A stretch of DNA of 64,000 nucleotides from Thermoplasmatota archaeon (GCA_028279595.1 JANQNK010000008.1:63713-127712), one strand, 5' to 3'. Positions 8,767 through 19,247 are shown, numbered from the stretch's first letter. Numbers and translations: made by a program. The notes: generated by a model not told the origin, from the sequence alone.

Positions 8767-11469
8767 TCAGAGGAGATCGTCCTCGTCGTCCGATACCTCG
8801 GCGACCAGGTCCTCGAGGTCGCCCCAGTCCAGGACGTCCTCCTTCTTCTTCTTCTTCTCCCCTTCGGGCTCGGCCTCGACAGGTTCGAGCAGCACCTCGC
8901 CCTGGATCGGCTCCTCCGATTCGATGGGCTCGAACACCGTATCGTCCTCGGGAACGGGCTCCTCGACCGGTTCCGGTGCGGGTTCGTTAGGCGCCTTTTT
9001 CTTCTTCTTCTTCTTCTTCTTGGGCTTCGGCTCAGGCTTCTCCTCGACCGCGGCCGGTTCCAGGACAATGAGCTCGGGTCCGGTGTCGGGTTCCTTTGGC
9101 TCTGATGGGCGCGGCTTCGCCTCTGCGCCCTTCTTGAACTTCTTCTTCCTCTTCTTGACTGGCTCTTTGGGTTCGAGGACGGCCTCCTCGGCCGCTGCGG
9201 GTTCGAGAACGGGTGCCTCTTCCGGCTCCTTCTTTACGGGAGCCTTCGGTTTCGGCCTCGCCCTCTTCTTCTTCCAGACCGGCTTCTCCGGTTCCTCGGC
9301 CTTCTTCTCGAGAACGATGGGCTCGGCTGCCTCAAGAACGGGCGCCTCATCGGGCTCCTCGGCCTTGGGCTTTGGTGCCGGTTTCTTCGGGGCCTTCTTC
9401 TTCTTCTTGGGCTTGGGTTTGGGGGCCGGCTTCTTTGCGGTCGGTTCCGCTGCGGCCTCGACCGTCGCAGGTTCGATGACCGCTGGCTCATCCTTCCCCT
9501 CGGGCTTCACTGGTTCCAGGCCCACGGGCGCCAGCACGGGGATCTCGGTCTTCTCCTCCTTGCCCTTCTTGCCCTTCTTGCCCTTCTTTGGTGCCTTCGC
9601 CTTCTTTCCGGGCTTTCCGGCCGGAACAGGGGCCGCTGGCTTCTCGCCCTTCTTGCCCTTGCCCTTCTTCTCCTTCTTGCCCTTCTTGAACCTGCCCTTC
9701 TTTCCCTTATAGGGTTCGGCTTCCTCCGCGGGCGCCGGTGTCGGTGCCCCTGCACCGATGGGGGCTCCGGCCGGGAGCTTGATCCCGGGAGCGGCCTCCT
9801 CCTTCTTCTCGGGCTCCTCGGGGATCGCGTCGACGGCGACGACCTCGATGCCCTCGGCCTCGAGCTCCGCCTTCCGCTCGGGAGTGATGATCTTCTTCTT
9901 TGCCACAGGCTTCTCCGGGACCTCGCCCTCTGGCTTGGCCTCCTCTGGAGCCTCGCCCTCGCCTGCCTCGGCCTCACCCTCGGGTGTGACCGGCGCCTCT
10001 GCCTCGGGTGGCGTCTCCGGCTTGTCACGGAGCTGTGCTATGGCGAGGGTCGTCTTCTCGAGGCCCTTCTTCGCCTTGAGGTTCTCCGGGTCGATCCTCA
10101 GGGTCTCCTCGTAGGTGGCATTTGCCTCCTCGTATCGTTCGAGGTGCCTGAGCGTCAGGGCCTTGTTGTTGAGAACGTGAGTGTCACCAGGCTGGAGTTC
10201 GATGGCCTTGTCGTACATCACGAGGGCCTCGGCGTACTTCTCCTCCTTGAAGAATCCGTCCGCCTGCTCCTTGATACCGACGAAGTCTACCGCTGCCATC
10301 TTGTCGAGTACGAAGTTGCGCTCCCGGACCACGTCTGGACGGTCTGGTGCCTTCTCGATGGCGGTGTCCAGAACGGTCAGGGCCTCCTCGTACCGGCTCA
10401 GCATGCTCAGGGCCCTTCCCCGGCCGATGAGAGCGTCGATCTTGTTCGGGTCCTCGGCGATGAGAGCGTCGTAGCTTGCCAGGGCAAGCTCGTAGTTCCC
10501 GGCGTCGTAGTGTCCGGTGGCCTCAGCGAACTCGGGCCCCAGCTCGATCGCGGGCTCCTCCTCGATCACATCGATGTCCAGGACCTCGATGTCCATGATC
10601 TCCTCCTCGCCCTCGACCACTGCCTCGACCGCCTCGACGGTCACGGCCTCTCCCTCGAACTCGGCGCCTTCGGGCACCTCGCCCTCCATCGGGAACTCCC
10701 CTAGCTCCTCGACGGCCTCCTCGACCTCGACTGTCTCGGGCTCCGGAGGGGGTATGTACTCGTCCATTATCGTCCTGAACAGTGTTTCGCCGCCCATGAT
10801 GTCGTCCCATAGGGCGTCCTTCGGCTTCGCCTTGAAGTGCTTCTTCTTGGGAACGAACTCGATAGCCAGCCCGGTGGAGCGGTCCCTAACCTCGATACGC
10901 TCGTCCGGTGGTCCGGCCGGTTTGGGTGGTTGCTCGGCACCCTCGGGTGCAGCGGCTCCGTCCTCGGCCGGCGCCTCGGGAGGCGGCGGTGGCGGGGGCG
11001 GTGGCGGTGCTGCCCCGTCCGCAGGTGGCGGCGGGGGCGGCGGGGGTGCCGGAGCGGCGCCTTCTGCCGCCGGTGGTGAGGCGGCTTCTGCAGGGGGCGC
11101 CGGAGGAACTGGTTCCTCGGGTGCCGGCGCGGCCGTCGGCTCGGGCGCCGGCGGCTCCGTTGATTTGTGGAATTCGAAGGAGATGGTGTCCGATACCTTC
11201 TTGACCATCGCAGGACCGTCCTCTGGCTCGGACGGGGGGGTTGCGATGGGAGCCTCTATCGTGTCCTCAACGTCGGTGAATCCACCGGAATCTAGCAGAA
11301 GTCCCGAGTCATCCCTCTCGCGTTCCTGACAGGCAGCGTAAACATCCTCGTTGAGCTTCTCACAAAGACTGCAAAGGGCCTCCGGTTTCAGCATCTTGCA
11401 GGGGTCGGAGGGGAGATTATCGAGGAAGGTGTTTACCTCGTTCAGATCCTTGTTGACCATCACTTTCAC
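8767..11469 (-). CDS. TPR-repeat protein with poly-Pro, Lys-rich and acidic disordered regions
   Basis: Central TPRs ('GNYELALASYDALI', 'YEEAL..LD.AIE..P', 'LNNKALTL..LERYEEA'); GC-rich codon pattern on the minus strand. Confidence 0.85.
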   Translation of the reverse strand: MKVMVNKDLNEVNTFLDNLPSDPCKMLKPEALCSLCEKLNEDVYAACQERERDDSGLLLDSGGFTDVEDTIEAPIATPPSEPEDGPAMVKKVSDTISFEFHKSTEPPAPEPTAAPAPEEPVPPAPPAEAASPPAAEGAAPAPPPPPPPPADGAAPPPPPPPPPPEAPAEDGAAAPEGAEQPPKPAGPPDERIEVRDRSTGLAIEFVPKKKHFKAKPKDALWDDIMGGETLFRTIMDEYIPPPEPETVEVEEAVEELGEFPMEGEVPEGAEFEGEAVTVEAVEAVVEGEEEIMDIEVLDIDVIEEEPAIELGPEFAEATGHYDAGNYELALASYDALIAEDPNKIDALIGRGRALSMLSRYEEALTVLDTAIEKAPDRPDVVRERNFVLDKMAAVDFVGIKEQADGFFKEEKYAEALVMYDKAIELQPGDTHVLNNKALTLRHLERYEEANATYEETLRIDPENLKAKKGLEKTTLAIAQLRDKPETPPEAEAPVTPEGEAEAGEGEAPEEAKPEGEVPEKPVAKKKIITPERKAELEAEGIEVVAVDAIPEEPEKKEEAAPGIKLPAGAPIGAGAPTPAPAEEAEPYKGKKGRFKKGKKEKKGKGKKGEKPAAPVPAGKPGKKAKAPKKGKKGKKGKEEKTEIPVLAPVGLEPVKPEGKDEPAVIEPATVEAAAEPTAKKPAPKPKPKKKKKAPKKPAPKPKAEEPDEAPVLEAAEPIVLEKKAEEPEKPVWKKKRARPKPKAPVKKEPEEAPVLEPAAAEEAVLEPKEPVKKRKKKFKKGAEAKPRPSEPKEPDTGPELIVLEPAAVEEKPEPKPKKKKKKKKKAPNEPAPEPVEEPVPEDDTVFEPIESEEPIQGEVLLEPVEAEPEGEKKKKKEDVLDWGDLEDLVAEVSDDEDDLL

Positions 11470-11661
11470 CTGTTCGGAACGGCGGGAAGACTGGGGCGTC
11501 TCAATGTCTGTTTGCCCCTATACAGTGATACCCCTTATTTATGTTTCGGTAAAAAATTCGTCCTGGCCAGGGGGGGCCAGAGGCACCGGATTCGGTCCCC
11601 CGCCGGCCGACCGTCCCCGGGGACGAAAATGATAACTACATGCAGAACGGTCCTCGACCCG

Positions 11662-12498
11662 ATGTCCCGGATCGAACGATTGATCGGAGCGGGGAGGGAA
11701 CTTCCACTCTCGGGTCCGCTTGTGATGGGCATCGTCAACGCGACCCCCGACTCGTTCTTCGACGGAGGCAGATACAATGATATCGAGCGGGTTAGGTCTC
11801 GCATCGACCGCTTCCTCGAGGAGGGCGCCGACATCATAGACATCGGCGGGGAATCGACGAGGCCCGGCGCTGACCTCGTTCCCGTCGAAGAGGAGTTGAT
11901 GCGTATCGTTCCGGCCGTCGAGCATGCGGTCGGGAAGGGAGCCTTCGTCTCCGTCGACACGAGGAAGCCAGAGGTGGCCGGAAGGGTGCTTGGCATGGGA
12001 GCACACATGATCAACAGCGTTGAGGGGCTGAGGTCCCCCGAGCTGACTGGTCTTGTGGCGGATCACGGCGCATCCGTCACGATCATGCACATGAAGGGCG
12101 ATCCGCGGACGATGCAGGACGATCCGACATACGGGGATGTGGTCGAGGAGGTCCGCGGATATCTCGATGGTCAGGTAGGGATCGCCGTCGAAGCAGGCAT
12201 CGCCCGTGAGGGGATCGTCATCGACCCGGGGATCGGGTTCGGCAAGACACTCGAGCACAACCTGGCGATCCTGAACGGTCTCGACCGGTTCCTCGACATG
12301 GGTCAGCCCCTGATGATCGGGACGTCCAGGAAATCGGTCATCGGCAAGGTGCTGGACCTGCCGCCCGAAGAGAGGCTCGAGGGGTCCGTCGCCTCCTGCG
12401 TTATGGCTCTCGTGAAGGGTGCATCGATTTTCAGGGTCCACGACGTCCTGGAGACGAGGAGGGCCCTGGATATGGCACATTCGATAATGTCGGTGTAA
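11662..12498 (+). CDS. folP: Dihydropteroate synthase
   Basis: 'MGIVNATPDSFFDGG', 'DIGGESTRPG', 'DPGIGFGK', 'GTSRKS', 'RVHDV'. Confidence 0.95.
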   Translation: MSRIERLIGAGRELPLSGPLVMGIVNATPDSFFDGGRYNDIERVRSRIDRFLEEGADIIDIGGESTRPGADLVPVEEELMRIVPAVEHAVGKGAFVSVDTRKPEVAGRVLGMGAHMINSVEGLRSPELTGLVADHGASVTIMHMKGDPRTMQDDPTYGDVVEEVRGYLDGQVGIAVEAGIAREGIVIDPGIGFGKTLEHNLAILNGLDRFLDMGQPLMIGTSRKSVIGKVLDLPPEERLEGSVASCVMALVKGASIFRVHDVLETRRALDMAHSIMSV

Positions 12499-12504
12499 AG
12501 AGTG

Positions 12505-12810
12505 CTACTTCTTTGCCATCCTCTTCTTGCGTTCCTTCGCTGTAAAACCGGTTGCCTGGAACAGGAAATCGTTGTAGCGCCTGACAGTGTCCCCCGCGAT
12601 CTCGGGATCGACGGTCGGGTCCATCTCGGTCTCGACCTCGAGGACCTTCTTGGAGGCCATCCGGCAGCTCAGCTTCTTCAGGCCGCCGAATGATGAGATG
12701 AAATGATCCCCGTCCTTCTCGACGCTTCCGAATATCTCGCTCATGATGTTGTCCAGCCCGCGGTCCTCGAGCTGGTAGTGGTGACCCCTCTTGATGTCGT
12801 AATCCTGCAT
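12505..12810 (-). CDS. DUF5611-family protein
   Basis: 'YDIKRGH'...'YNDFL..ATGFTAKERKK' pattern. Confidence 0.75.
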   Translation of the reverse strand: MQDYDIKRGHHYQLEDRGLDNIMSEIFGSVEKDGDHFISSFGGLKKLSCRMASKKVLEVETEMDPTVDPEIAGDTVRRYNDFLFQATGFTAKERKKRMAKK

Positions 12811-12867
12811 GGACAACGGTACGGAATTGCTCTATAAAAATCTGTCCGCAATGGATCAGGTAGAACG

Positions 12868-13137
12868 TCATGCGTCGAACCCTGACTCGACGGACCGGAC
12901 GACCTCCCATGCGACGGTCTCATCGGGCGTCTTGACCAGCACCTTTCCCTCCTTGAAGAGGCTGTACTCGATCCCATCCGGTGAACGGATGACGAGCAGG
13001 ACACCTGCGTCCGTGAGGACCTCGTGCCCGGACGGGCAGAGCCTTTCCGCGATTTCATGGATATCCTGAGAGAATTCCCCGTCCGGACGGGCGACGTAGG
13101 CCTGACCGGAGTTGCACGATCTAAGGACCGAGTACAT
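12868..13137 (-). CDS. Small hypothetical protein
   Basis: 89 aa; overlaps the thiI stop; the 'YSLFKEGKVLVK' segment resembles small beta-sheet domains. Confidence 0.6.
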   Translation of the reverse strand: MYSVLRSCNSGQAYVARPDGEFSQDIHEIAERLCPSGHEVLTDAGVLLVIRSPDGIEYSLFKEGKVLVKTPDETVAWEVVRSVESGFDA

Positions 13138-13759
13138 GGACCTCCACCTCCTCGAGAGCGGAAACGGTCAGGTCACCGGGATCCATCTTTCCCTCCTCGG
13201 CGAGTATCCTGTCGAGCTGAGAACGAGTTGCTGGCTTGGGCGGTGCCATCATGCAGCAGATACCCGGAAGGGAGGATATCTCGAAGGTCCCGATATCCTT
13301 CGCGATGTTGATTATCTCCTCCTTGTCCATGGCGATCAGCGGGCGCAGGACCTGCACCGGGGAGGCCGAGTTCTCCGCGAGAAGGTTCTCAACGGTCTGG
13401 GACGCGACCTGGCCGACGGAGTCGCCGGTGACAAGGGCATCGTACCCCTCCTTTTCCGCGAGGGCGCCGGCCGTGCGGAGCATCATCCTCCGGCAGAGTA
13501 CGCATTGATACCGCCGTTCGCACTCGCGACCGATGGCCGACTGATTCTCCCCGTGTGGGATGACGTACAGCTTCATCTGGCGGTCGGTCCGGGACGCGAT
13601 GACCCTGCCAAGCGAAAGCACACGTTCAACGTAGTCCTCCTCGGTGAAGGGCCTGTTGTCGAAATGGGCGAGGTCGACGTCGAAGCCCTGCTTCGCGATG
13701 AGATAGGCCGCGACAGGGGAGTCGATCCCTCCGGACAGGAGCGCCAGGACTCGCATCAC
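13121..13759 (-). CDS. thiI: ThiI/TtuI-like tRNA sulfurtransferase, catalytic PP-loop domain only
   Basis: 'SGGIDS' PP-loop, 'CVLCRRMM', 'GDSVGQVASQT', 'RPLI.MDKEEII..A..IGT', distal 'CC'. Confidence 0.85.
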   Translation of the reverse strand: MMRVLALLSGGIDSPVAAYLIAKQGFDVDLAHFDNRPFTEEDYVERVLSLGRVIASRTDRQMKLYVIPHGENQSAIGRECERRYQCVLCRRMMLRTAGALAEKEGYDALVTGDSVGQVASQTVENLLAENSASPVQVLRPLIAMDKEEIINIAKDIGTFEISSLPGICCMMAPPKPATRSQLDRILAEEGKMDPGDLTVSALEEVEVHVLGP

Positions 13760-13891
13760 TGTCGGATTCGCCCGTGTCTAATAAAGGTATTTCCCGAATC
13801 CACAAGACCGTCGACCGGTCCGACATCGGTCCCACCAATACTGAAAACGTTAAGTAATCCGGACATCGATTGGCTGTCGGGACTGACCGTC

Positions 13892-14893
13892 ATGGCCCGG
13901 ATACTGTTCGTCTACCAGAAGATGCTCTCCTTCGTGCAGCACGACCGGGAGATCCTGGAGAGGGAGCACGAGCTCGTCGACTTCGAGTTCCCTCTGCAGC
14001 CGCCGTCAAGGCGCAAATCCGCGACTTGGATCCTGTCGCATGCCCGCCGGTTGAAGAGGGCGATGAGGGACGTCGATGGCACCTTCATATGGTTCGGCGA
14101 CATACCGACCGCGTTCGCCGTCAGGAGCGCCCGCAGGCTCGGGAAGAGGAGCATAGTGGTCGCCGGCGGATATGGCGCGGCGTACATCCATGGGACCGAT
14201 TATGGACTCCAGAACAGACAGTTCAGAAGACCCTTCGCCAAATACTCGTTCGAGAAGGCGGACCTCGTCGTCACGGTCTCGAAGCGGATGCGGAAGGACC
14301 TCCACAGATTCGCGAGGCCGAGGAAGGAAGTGATGATCTACAACGGTATCAGAACCGAACTGTATTCTCCCGGCAACAAGCATAGGAAGGTACTCTCTGT
14401 GGCAGAGATGACGCCGATCACTCGGTGGAAGAAGGGGATCGAGACCTACGTCAGGGCCGCGGAACACTTGCCAGACGTACCGTTCATTATGGTCGGAAGC
14501 AGCGTCGAGGGGACGGAGGAGGAGCTCAAGAGCATCGCATCCGACAACGTCGAGTTCAGGGGATTCATCCCCTTTGAAGAGCTTCTCGCGCTATTCCAGA
14601 CTTCTAAGGTATACGTTCAGGTGTCAGCCTACGAGAGCTTCGGTTACGCACCCGCTGAATCGATGCTGTGTGAGGGTGTTCCCGTGGTGACCAGACGGGG
14701 GGCCCTTCCGGAGGTCGTCGGGGACACCGGCTACTACGTACCATACGACGATCCGGTCAAGACCGCGAAGGCCGTCGAACTCGCCCTGGATTCGGACCTC
14801 GGGACCTGCGCCCGGGAACGAGTGCTCGAGAGGTTCTCGCTCGAGCGACGGCAGGAGCTCCTATTAGAAGCGGTCGGGAAGGTCCTTAGTTAG
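13892..14893 (+). CDS. Glycosyltransferase family 4 (GT-B)
   Basis: 'KGI', 'YESFGY...ESM', 'GALPEVVG'; start reassigned to MARILFV at 13892. Confidence 0.9.
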   Translation: MARILFVYQKMLSFVQHDREILEREHELVDFEFPLQPPSRRKSATWILSHARRLKRAMRDVDGTFIWFGDIPTAFAVRSARRLGKRSIVVAGGYGAAYIHGTDYGLQNRQFRRPFAKYSFEKADLVVTVSKRMRKDLHRFARPRKEVMIYNGIRTELYSPGNKHRKVLSVAEMTPITRWKKGIETYVRAAEHLPDVPFIMVGSSVEGTEEELKSIASDNVEFRGFIPFEELLALFQTSKVYVQVSAYESFGYAPAESMLCEGVPVVTRRGALPEVVGDTGYYVPYDDPVKTAKAVELALDSDLGTCARERVLERFSLERRQELLLEAVGKVLS

Positions 14894-14906
14894 GCTTCCT
14901 CCGATG

Positions 14907-17900
14907 TCACTGTAGGTACTGCTGGCAGGTGTGGCAGTAATGCATCCCGTACTGTGGATAGAACTCGGCAGCGTTGCTGCACGTGGGACAGACGACGGGC
15001 GGACCGGCAACGACCTCCGGTGTGTAGGGTTCGACCTCGCTGGGACTCTCCCCGCCCCCGCCGAGTGCCAATGCGAGCACGATAACTATGATGATGAATA
15101 TGAACATCCCGGGCAGAACGAACGACTGGAAGTCGTTGCTCGACTCGGACGAGCCCTCGCTCTCGGACCTAACCGTGACCGTGACCGATTCCGTCTCGGA
15201 CCAGAGTCCGTTCGCTCCCTGGACCTGGAACCTGATGGTGTTCACACCTATGGACAGGGAACCGGCCCCGACCACGAGGGTGTCGTCCTCGCCCAGGACA
15301 CCGAACTCGTCGGAGGTCCACCTGTAATTGACGATATCGCCGTTCTCCCCGTGGCCGGTGAGAGTTACCGTCCCGGAGAGGTAGACCGTCTGGGGGTCGA
15401 CGAGGTCGACAACTGCAACAGGGACCCGGTTGTCCACATCGACCATGACCGAGTCGGTTACTGATGTCAATTCCTCGTCGTCTACCGCTCGGACGTAGAT
15501 CGTATAGGTCCCGAGGTCCCATCTCGAGATGTCCAGGTTGATGGTCCATGAATCGGTCCCGACCGCGATGAACGGGTCGGCGAAGGAGTTGTCGCCCACG
15601 GATATCTCGATCTGATCGACACTCCCGTCAGGGTCCGAGGCGGTTCCCTCGATCGTTATGTTGTCAGCGAAGGGACCGTCGCCCGGTGGCAGGACGGTCA
15701 CGGAGGGTCTGCTGTCGCCGGAATTGTCCACCGTTACGCTTATGGAGTCATCGGTCGAACCCGCAGCATCATCGGTGGCCCTGACCTTGATCGATACGGC
15801 ACCGTCGTCCTCGGATGTGGTGTCCCAGACGAAGGACCATTCGGACCATGGATCCCCGGTCGAGTCGTCTGCGCAGTCCTGCCACGGACCGTCCCCGATC
15901 CTGATCCTGACAGTGTCGACCTCTCCATCGGTGTCGCTCGCTAGTCCCGATATGGTGACCGTTCCCAAGACGACCTCGCCGGAGCCGGGTTCAGAGATCT
16001 CGACATCGGGACGCTCGTTGGACTCGTCCTCGATCACCGTCAGGGTATGGTCGGTGTGGACGACGACCGGATCGTTGGCATCGTCGTCTATAACAGCGTA
16101 TAGGTAGTACTCGCCGCCGGGAACTGATGACACATCCCATAGATGGTCCATATCGTCGTCCTCGCTGAGACCCGCTGTGATGAGGACCTCATCCTCCGAG
16201 TTGCCGTCGTTGTAGACTGAGTTGGAATCCCGGTAGAGAGAGATCTCCGCATCGTCATCGGGATCGCTCGCGACCCACTCGATGAGGTATTCGGTCTGCT
16301 CGGCAAGGTCGATCTCCTCGTCCTCGTCTGTGAGCACGGTGAACGATATCTCCGGTGCCTCGTTGATCACCGTGACCGTTACCTCGGCGTGGCCCTTGGC
16401 ATCTCGTTCATCGGTTGCGCGGACGTGGATCGTGTGGTCGCCTGCGGAGTATCCGTCGGTGTCCCACTCGGCCGACCAGTTCCATGTGTCCGACGAGACC
16501 TTTGCGACGTCCACCGAGAGGGTCCCGCTGGAGAAGGTATCGTCATCGATGGCGACCTCTATTGAGTCGATCTCATCGTCATCGTCGGTGGCTTGGCCGC
16601 GGATGAGTACCGTGTCGTTGTGCTCGGAGCCTGTTTCCGGCTCGATGATCGTGACGGAGGGCACTGTATTGTCATTCTCGACGGTCACATCGACCGTAAG
16701 CGTATCCGTCCATTTGCCATCCGTGCTCTTGGCGCGGGCGTGGACCGTGAAGTCACCGTCCTCCCCGTGCGTGGTCTCCCATTCGAAGCCCCAATCGGAG
16801 TACGGGTCCGATGTCTCGGACCGGTCCTCGGCGTTCATCCAATCCCCGGAGCCTGGACTGGACCCGGAGGACATGATGGCGACCTCGACCGTTTCGATGT
16901 CGTCCTCCTCGTCGACGTCGGATGCGGTCCCTTCGATCTGGACGGTCCCGTAGATGTCGGAGCCGTCAGAGGGAGCATCGAGGGTGATCTCCGGAGGCGT
17001 CGCACCGCCGCCCGCGCCCTTCTCGACGACCTCGATGTCGAGCGGATCGGCATCGTTGTTGTCGTTGTCGGCATCCTTGGGGGAAACCGACGATAAACGG
17101 GCATGGAGGGTATGCTCGCCGATCTGCCCGGACGTGTTCCAGTCGAAGTAGACATCCGTCGACTCGCCGGAGCCGATATCCTCGAGTATGATCGAACCCA
17201 GGACCGTCGCGTTGTCTTCGGGGTCACCGTCGTACACGGAAAGATCGGCCTCCAGGGCCGCACCGTCTCCTATGTTCTTCACCCTGACAGCGATCTCTAC
17301 GATGTCATCCTCCTGGGGCCGCTCGTCGTCGACGCCCAACGAAGTGATGGTCAGGTCGGGCAGGTCACCCGACGAGGTCAAGGTCATGTTCGCGATGTTG
17401 CCCGGCATACCGTTGATGGAATAGTTCGTCCGGACCAGCGAGGAGTCCACCTGGTCCGGCGCGGTTAGATTGAAGGTGAGTGTCGGGAATGATTTCCAGT
17501 AATCCCCTGTATCGCCGTCGCCGGTGTAATTGATCCAGGTGCCGATGACCCATCTTCCGTCCGTATCATTGGCTGTGATGTTCGTCGGCTCGACGGTCGC
17601 GGTAAGGCCCGAGGCCTCCTTCGCGTCGCCGGTGATATCGATCGGCTCGGGCCAATCGCTCGGGATCAATACCTGCAGGTATACGACGTCAGGGGCGGTG
17701 GTTCCCGTCGGCGGACCGTGTGAGTCGCCATTCTGGCCCTGGTCGGTATAGAGGGTCTTCGTGTAATTGAGTGTGTACTCGAAGGTCCCGTGCGTTCCGA
17801 GCTGGAGCGTCGATGGACCGTCGACCACACCTGTGTTCAGGTCCAACGCTCGCTGGACCGCGCCGACGCTGTCGACCGTTCCCCACCCGTACTGATTGTT

Positions 17901-19247
17901 CGGGCTGTACGGCTCGAAGGGATCGGGGCTGTCGCCCCACTCATGTCTGCTCGTCTCGTGGAGGATCTGCTTGATGTGATCTACATTGTCATCCGGTGCG
18001 AGGTCGGGATTCGCCTGAAGCATCAGGGCTGCCAGGCCCGCCACGTGCGGACAGGACATGGATGAACCCGACTGGGATGACGACCCGGTGTCGCCCGAGG
18101 TACCACGGGCGGAGTCGATCCCGGAGCCCGGGGCCATGACGTCCGGCTTTATCCTGCCGTCGCCCGTCGGACCGCGGGATGACGAGATAGCACGGTTCCC
18201 GTTGTCGTTCACCCATCCGACCGTGATCGCCCTCCTGCTGTCCGCCGGGAAGGTCACCGAGCCAGCGTGGGCAGCGACCTGGGCGTTCCCGTTGCCGACG
18301 GCGACAGTGGAAACGATACCGGCGTCGACCGCACGGTCCACAGCTCGGCTCACGACCGAGTTCCCGTCGTTGGTCGCCCCGGGTATGGTGATCGCGCCGC
18401 CGAGCGACATCGACATGACGTCGATTCCGAAACGGTCCTTGTTGTCGATGGTCCAGTTTATCCCGTGGATTATGTCGTCTGCCGTACCCCCGCCACCGTC
18501 AAGGACGATTACCCCCACGAGGTACGCCTGTGGTGCCATCCCGACATCCACGGCGTCGGTGCCGCCGGTTCCGGCCGCGATGCCAGCGCAATGGGACCCA
18601 TGGTTACCGGTGTCGTACGGGTCCGTCTCGCCCCTGCTGCCACTCCTCGCATCGTAGAAACCGATGACCTTGGTGTCGTTCGTCGTGTCGTTGTCATCGA
18701 GGTCGTCGAGATACTCATGATCCCCATTGATCCCGGTGTCAAGGACCGCGATGGTCATGTTCTCGCCCTTGAACCCGTAATCGTCATGGACGACGTCACC
18801 GCCGATCGCGGGTACCGAACTCGCGAGCATCGGGTAGAGTATTACACTGGGTTCTAGCCAATCGAGACCTGGGATGTTTACCAGGTCATCGAGGGAATCC
18901 AGCGGCACGGTCGCGGCTAGGGAGTCGAACCTGTGCCAGATGTCGGTGATCGTCCCGCCCAGGTCCTCGATGTAATCACGGTCGCCCCTGTCGAGCGAGT
19001 CGAGCCTCATGAGGACGCGGATGAACCCATCCGGAGCTGGCGAGGCGCCGAGCTCGTCCATCTCATCGGGGTGTTCTGCAAGGTAGATGAGTGAGCCGTC
19101 CACGTGCTCCGATGTTGATAACGAAAAGTACTGCGGCCGGGCATCATCTCCGCCGTCGGTCGAAGAACCGCTCTGGAGAGGAGCCAGCAGGATCGAGACC
19201 ATGAGCACCACGGTCAGGATCGTGAACATTCGATTTACGGTGACCAT
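14907..19247 (-). CDS. Secreted, membrane-anchored subtilisin (S8) protease with CARDB and several Ig-like domains, a C-terminal TM and a zinc ribbon
   Basis: Signal peptide; triad motifs 'VLDTG', 'HGSHCAG', 'SGSSMSCPHVAG'; 'PDLTITS' CARDB; repeated 'I.G.ASD.D' Ig units. Confidence 0.92.
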   Translation of the reverse strand: MVTVNRMFTILTVVLMVSILLAPLQSGSSTDGGDDARPQYFSLSTSEHVDGSLIYLAEHPDEMDELGASPAPDGFIRVLMRLDSLDRGDRDYIEDLGGTITDIWHRFDSLAATVPLDSLDDLVNIPGLDWLEPSVILYPMLASSVPAIGGDVVHDDYGFKGENMTIAVLDTGINGDHEYLDDLDDNDTTNDTKVIGFYDARSGSRGETDPYDTGNHGSHCAGIAAGTGGTDAVDVGMAPQAYLVGVIVLDGGGGTADDIIHGINWTIDNKDRFGIDVMSMSLGGAITIPGATNDGNSVVSRAVDRAVDAGIVSTVAVGNGNAQVAAHAGSVTFPADSRRAITVGWVNDNGNRAISSSRGPTGDGRIKPDVMAPGSGIDSARGTSGDTGSSSQSGSSMSCPHVAGLAALMLQANPDLAPDDNVDHIKQILHETSRHEWGDSPDPFEPYSPNNQYGWGTVDSVGAVQRALDLNTGVVDGPSTLQLGTHGTFEYTLNYTKTLYTDQGQNGDSHGPPTGTTAPDVVYLQVLIPSDWPEPIDITGDAKEASGLTATVEPTNITANDTDGRWVIGTWINYTGDGDTGDYWKSFPTLTFNLTAPDQVDSSLVRTNYSINGMPGNIANMTLTSSGDLPDLTITSLGVDDERPQEDDIVEIAVRVKNIGDGAALEADLSVYDGDPEDNATVLGSIILEDIGSGESTDVYFDWNTSGQIGEHTLHARLSSVSPKDADNDNNDADPLDIEVVEKGAGGGATPPEITLDAPSDGSDIYGTVQIEGTASDVDEEDDIETVEVAIMSSGSSPGSGDWMNAEDRSETSDPYSDWGFEWETTHGEDGDFTVHARAKSTDGKWTDTLTVDVTVENDNTVPSVTIIEPETGSEHNDTVLIRGQATDDDDEIDSIEVAIDDDTFSSGTLSVDVAKVSSDTWNWSAEWDTDGYSAGDHTIHVRATDERDAKGHAEVTVTVINEAPEISFTVLTDEDEEIDLAEQTEYLIEWVASDPDDDAEISLYRDSNSVYNDGNSEDEVLITAGLSEDDDMDHLWDVSSVPGGEYYLYAVIDDDANDPVVVHTDHTLTVIEDESNERPDVEISEPGSGEVVLGTVTISGLASDTDGEVDTVRIRIGDGPWQDCADDSTGDPWSEWSFVWDTTSEDDGAVSIKVRATDDAAGSTDDSISVTVDNSGDSRPSVTVLPPGDGPFADNITIEGTASDPDGSVDQIEISVGDNSFADPFIAVGTDSWTINLDISRWDLGTYTIYVRAVDDEELTSVTDSVMVDVDNRVPVAVVDLVDPQTVYLSGTVTLTGHGENGDIVNYRWTSDEFGVLGEDDTLVVGAGSLSIGVNTIRFQVQGANGLWSETESVTVTVRSESEGSSESSNDFQSFVLPGMFIFIIIVIVLALALGGGGESPSEVEPYTPEVVAGPPVVCPTCSNAAEFYPQYGMHYCHTCQQYLQ

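Noticed and set aside
2588-11329. Long antisense and alternate-frame ORFs (e.g. 2588-3652, 4180-5568, 6911-8383, 10517-11329; also 42636-43826 and 60663-62051)
   Set aside because: They are shadows of real genes in high-GC DNA with no motifs; poly-Ser/Phe content mirrors Glu/Lys codons on the other strand.
13112-13891. N-terminal extension of the glycosyltransferase ORF
   Set aside because: It is antisense to thiI, and the GT4 domain begins at 13892.
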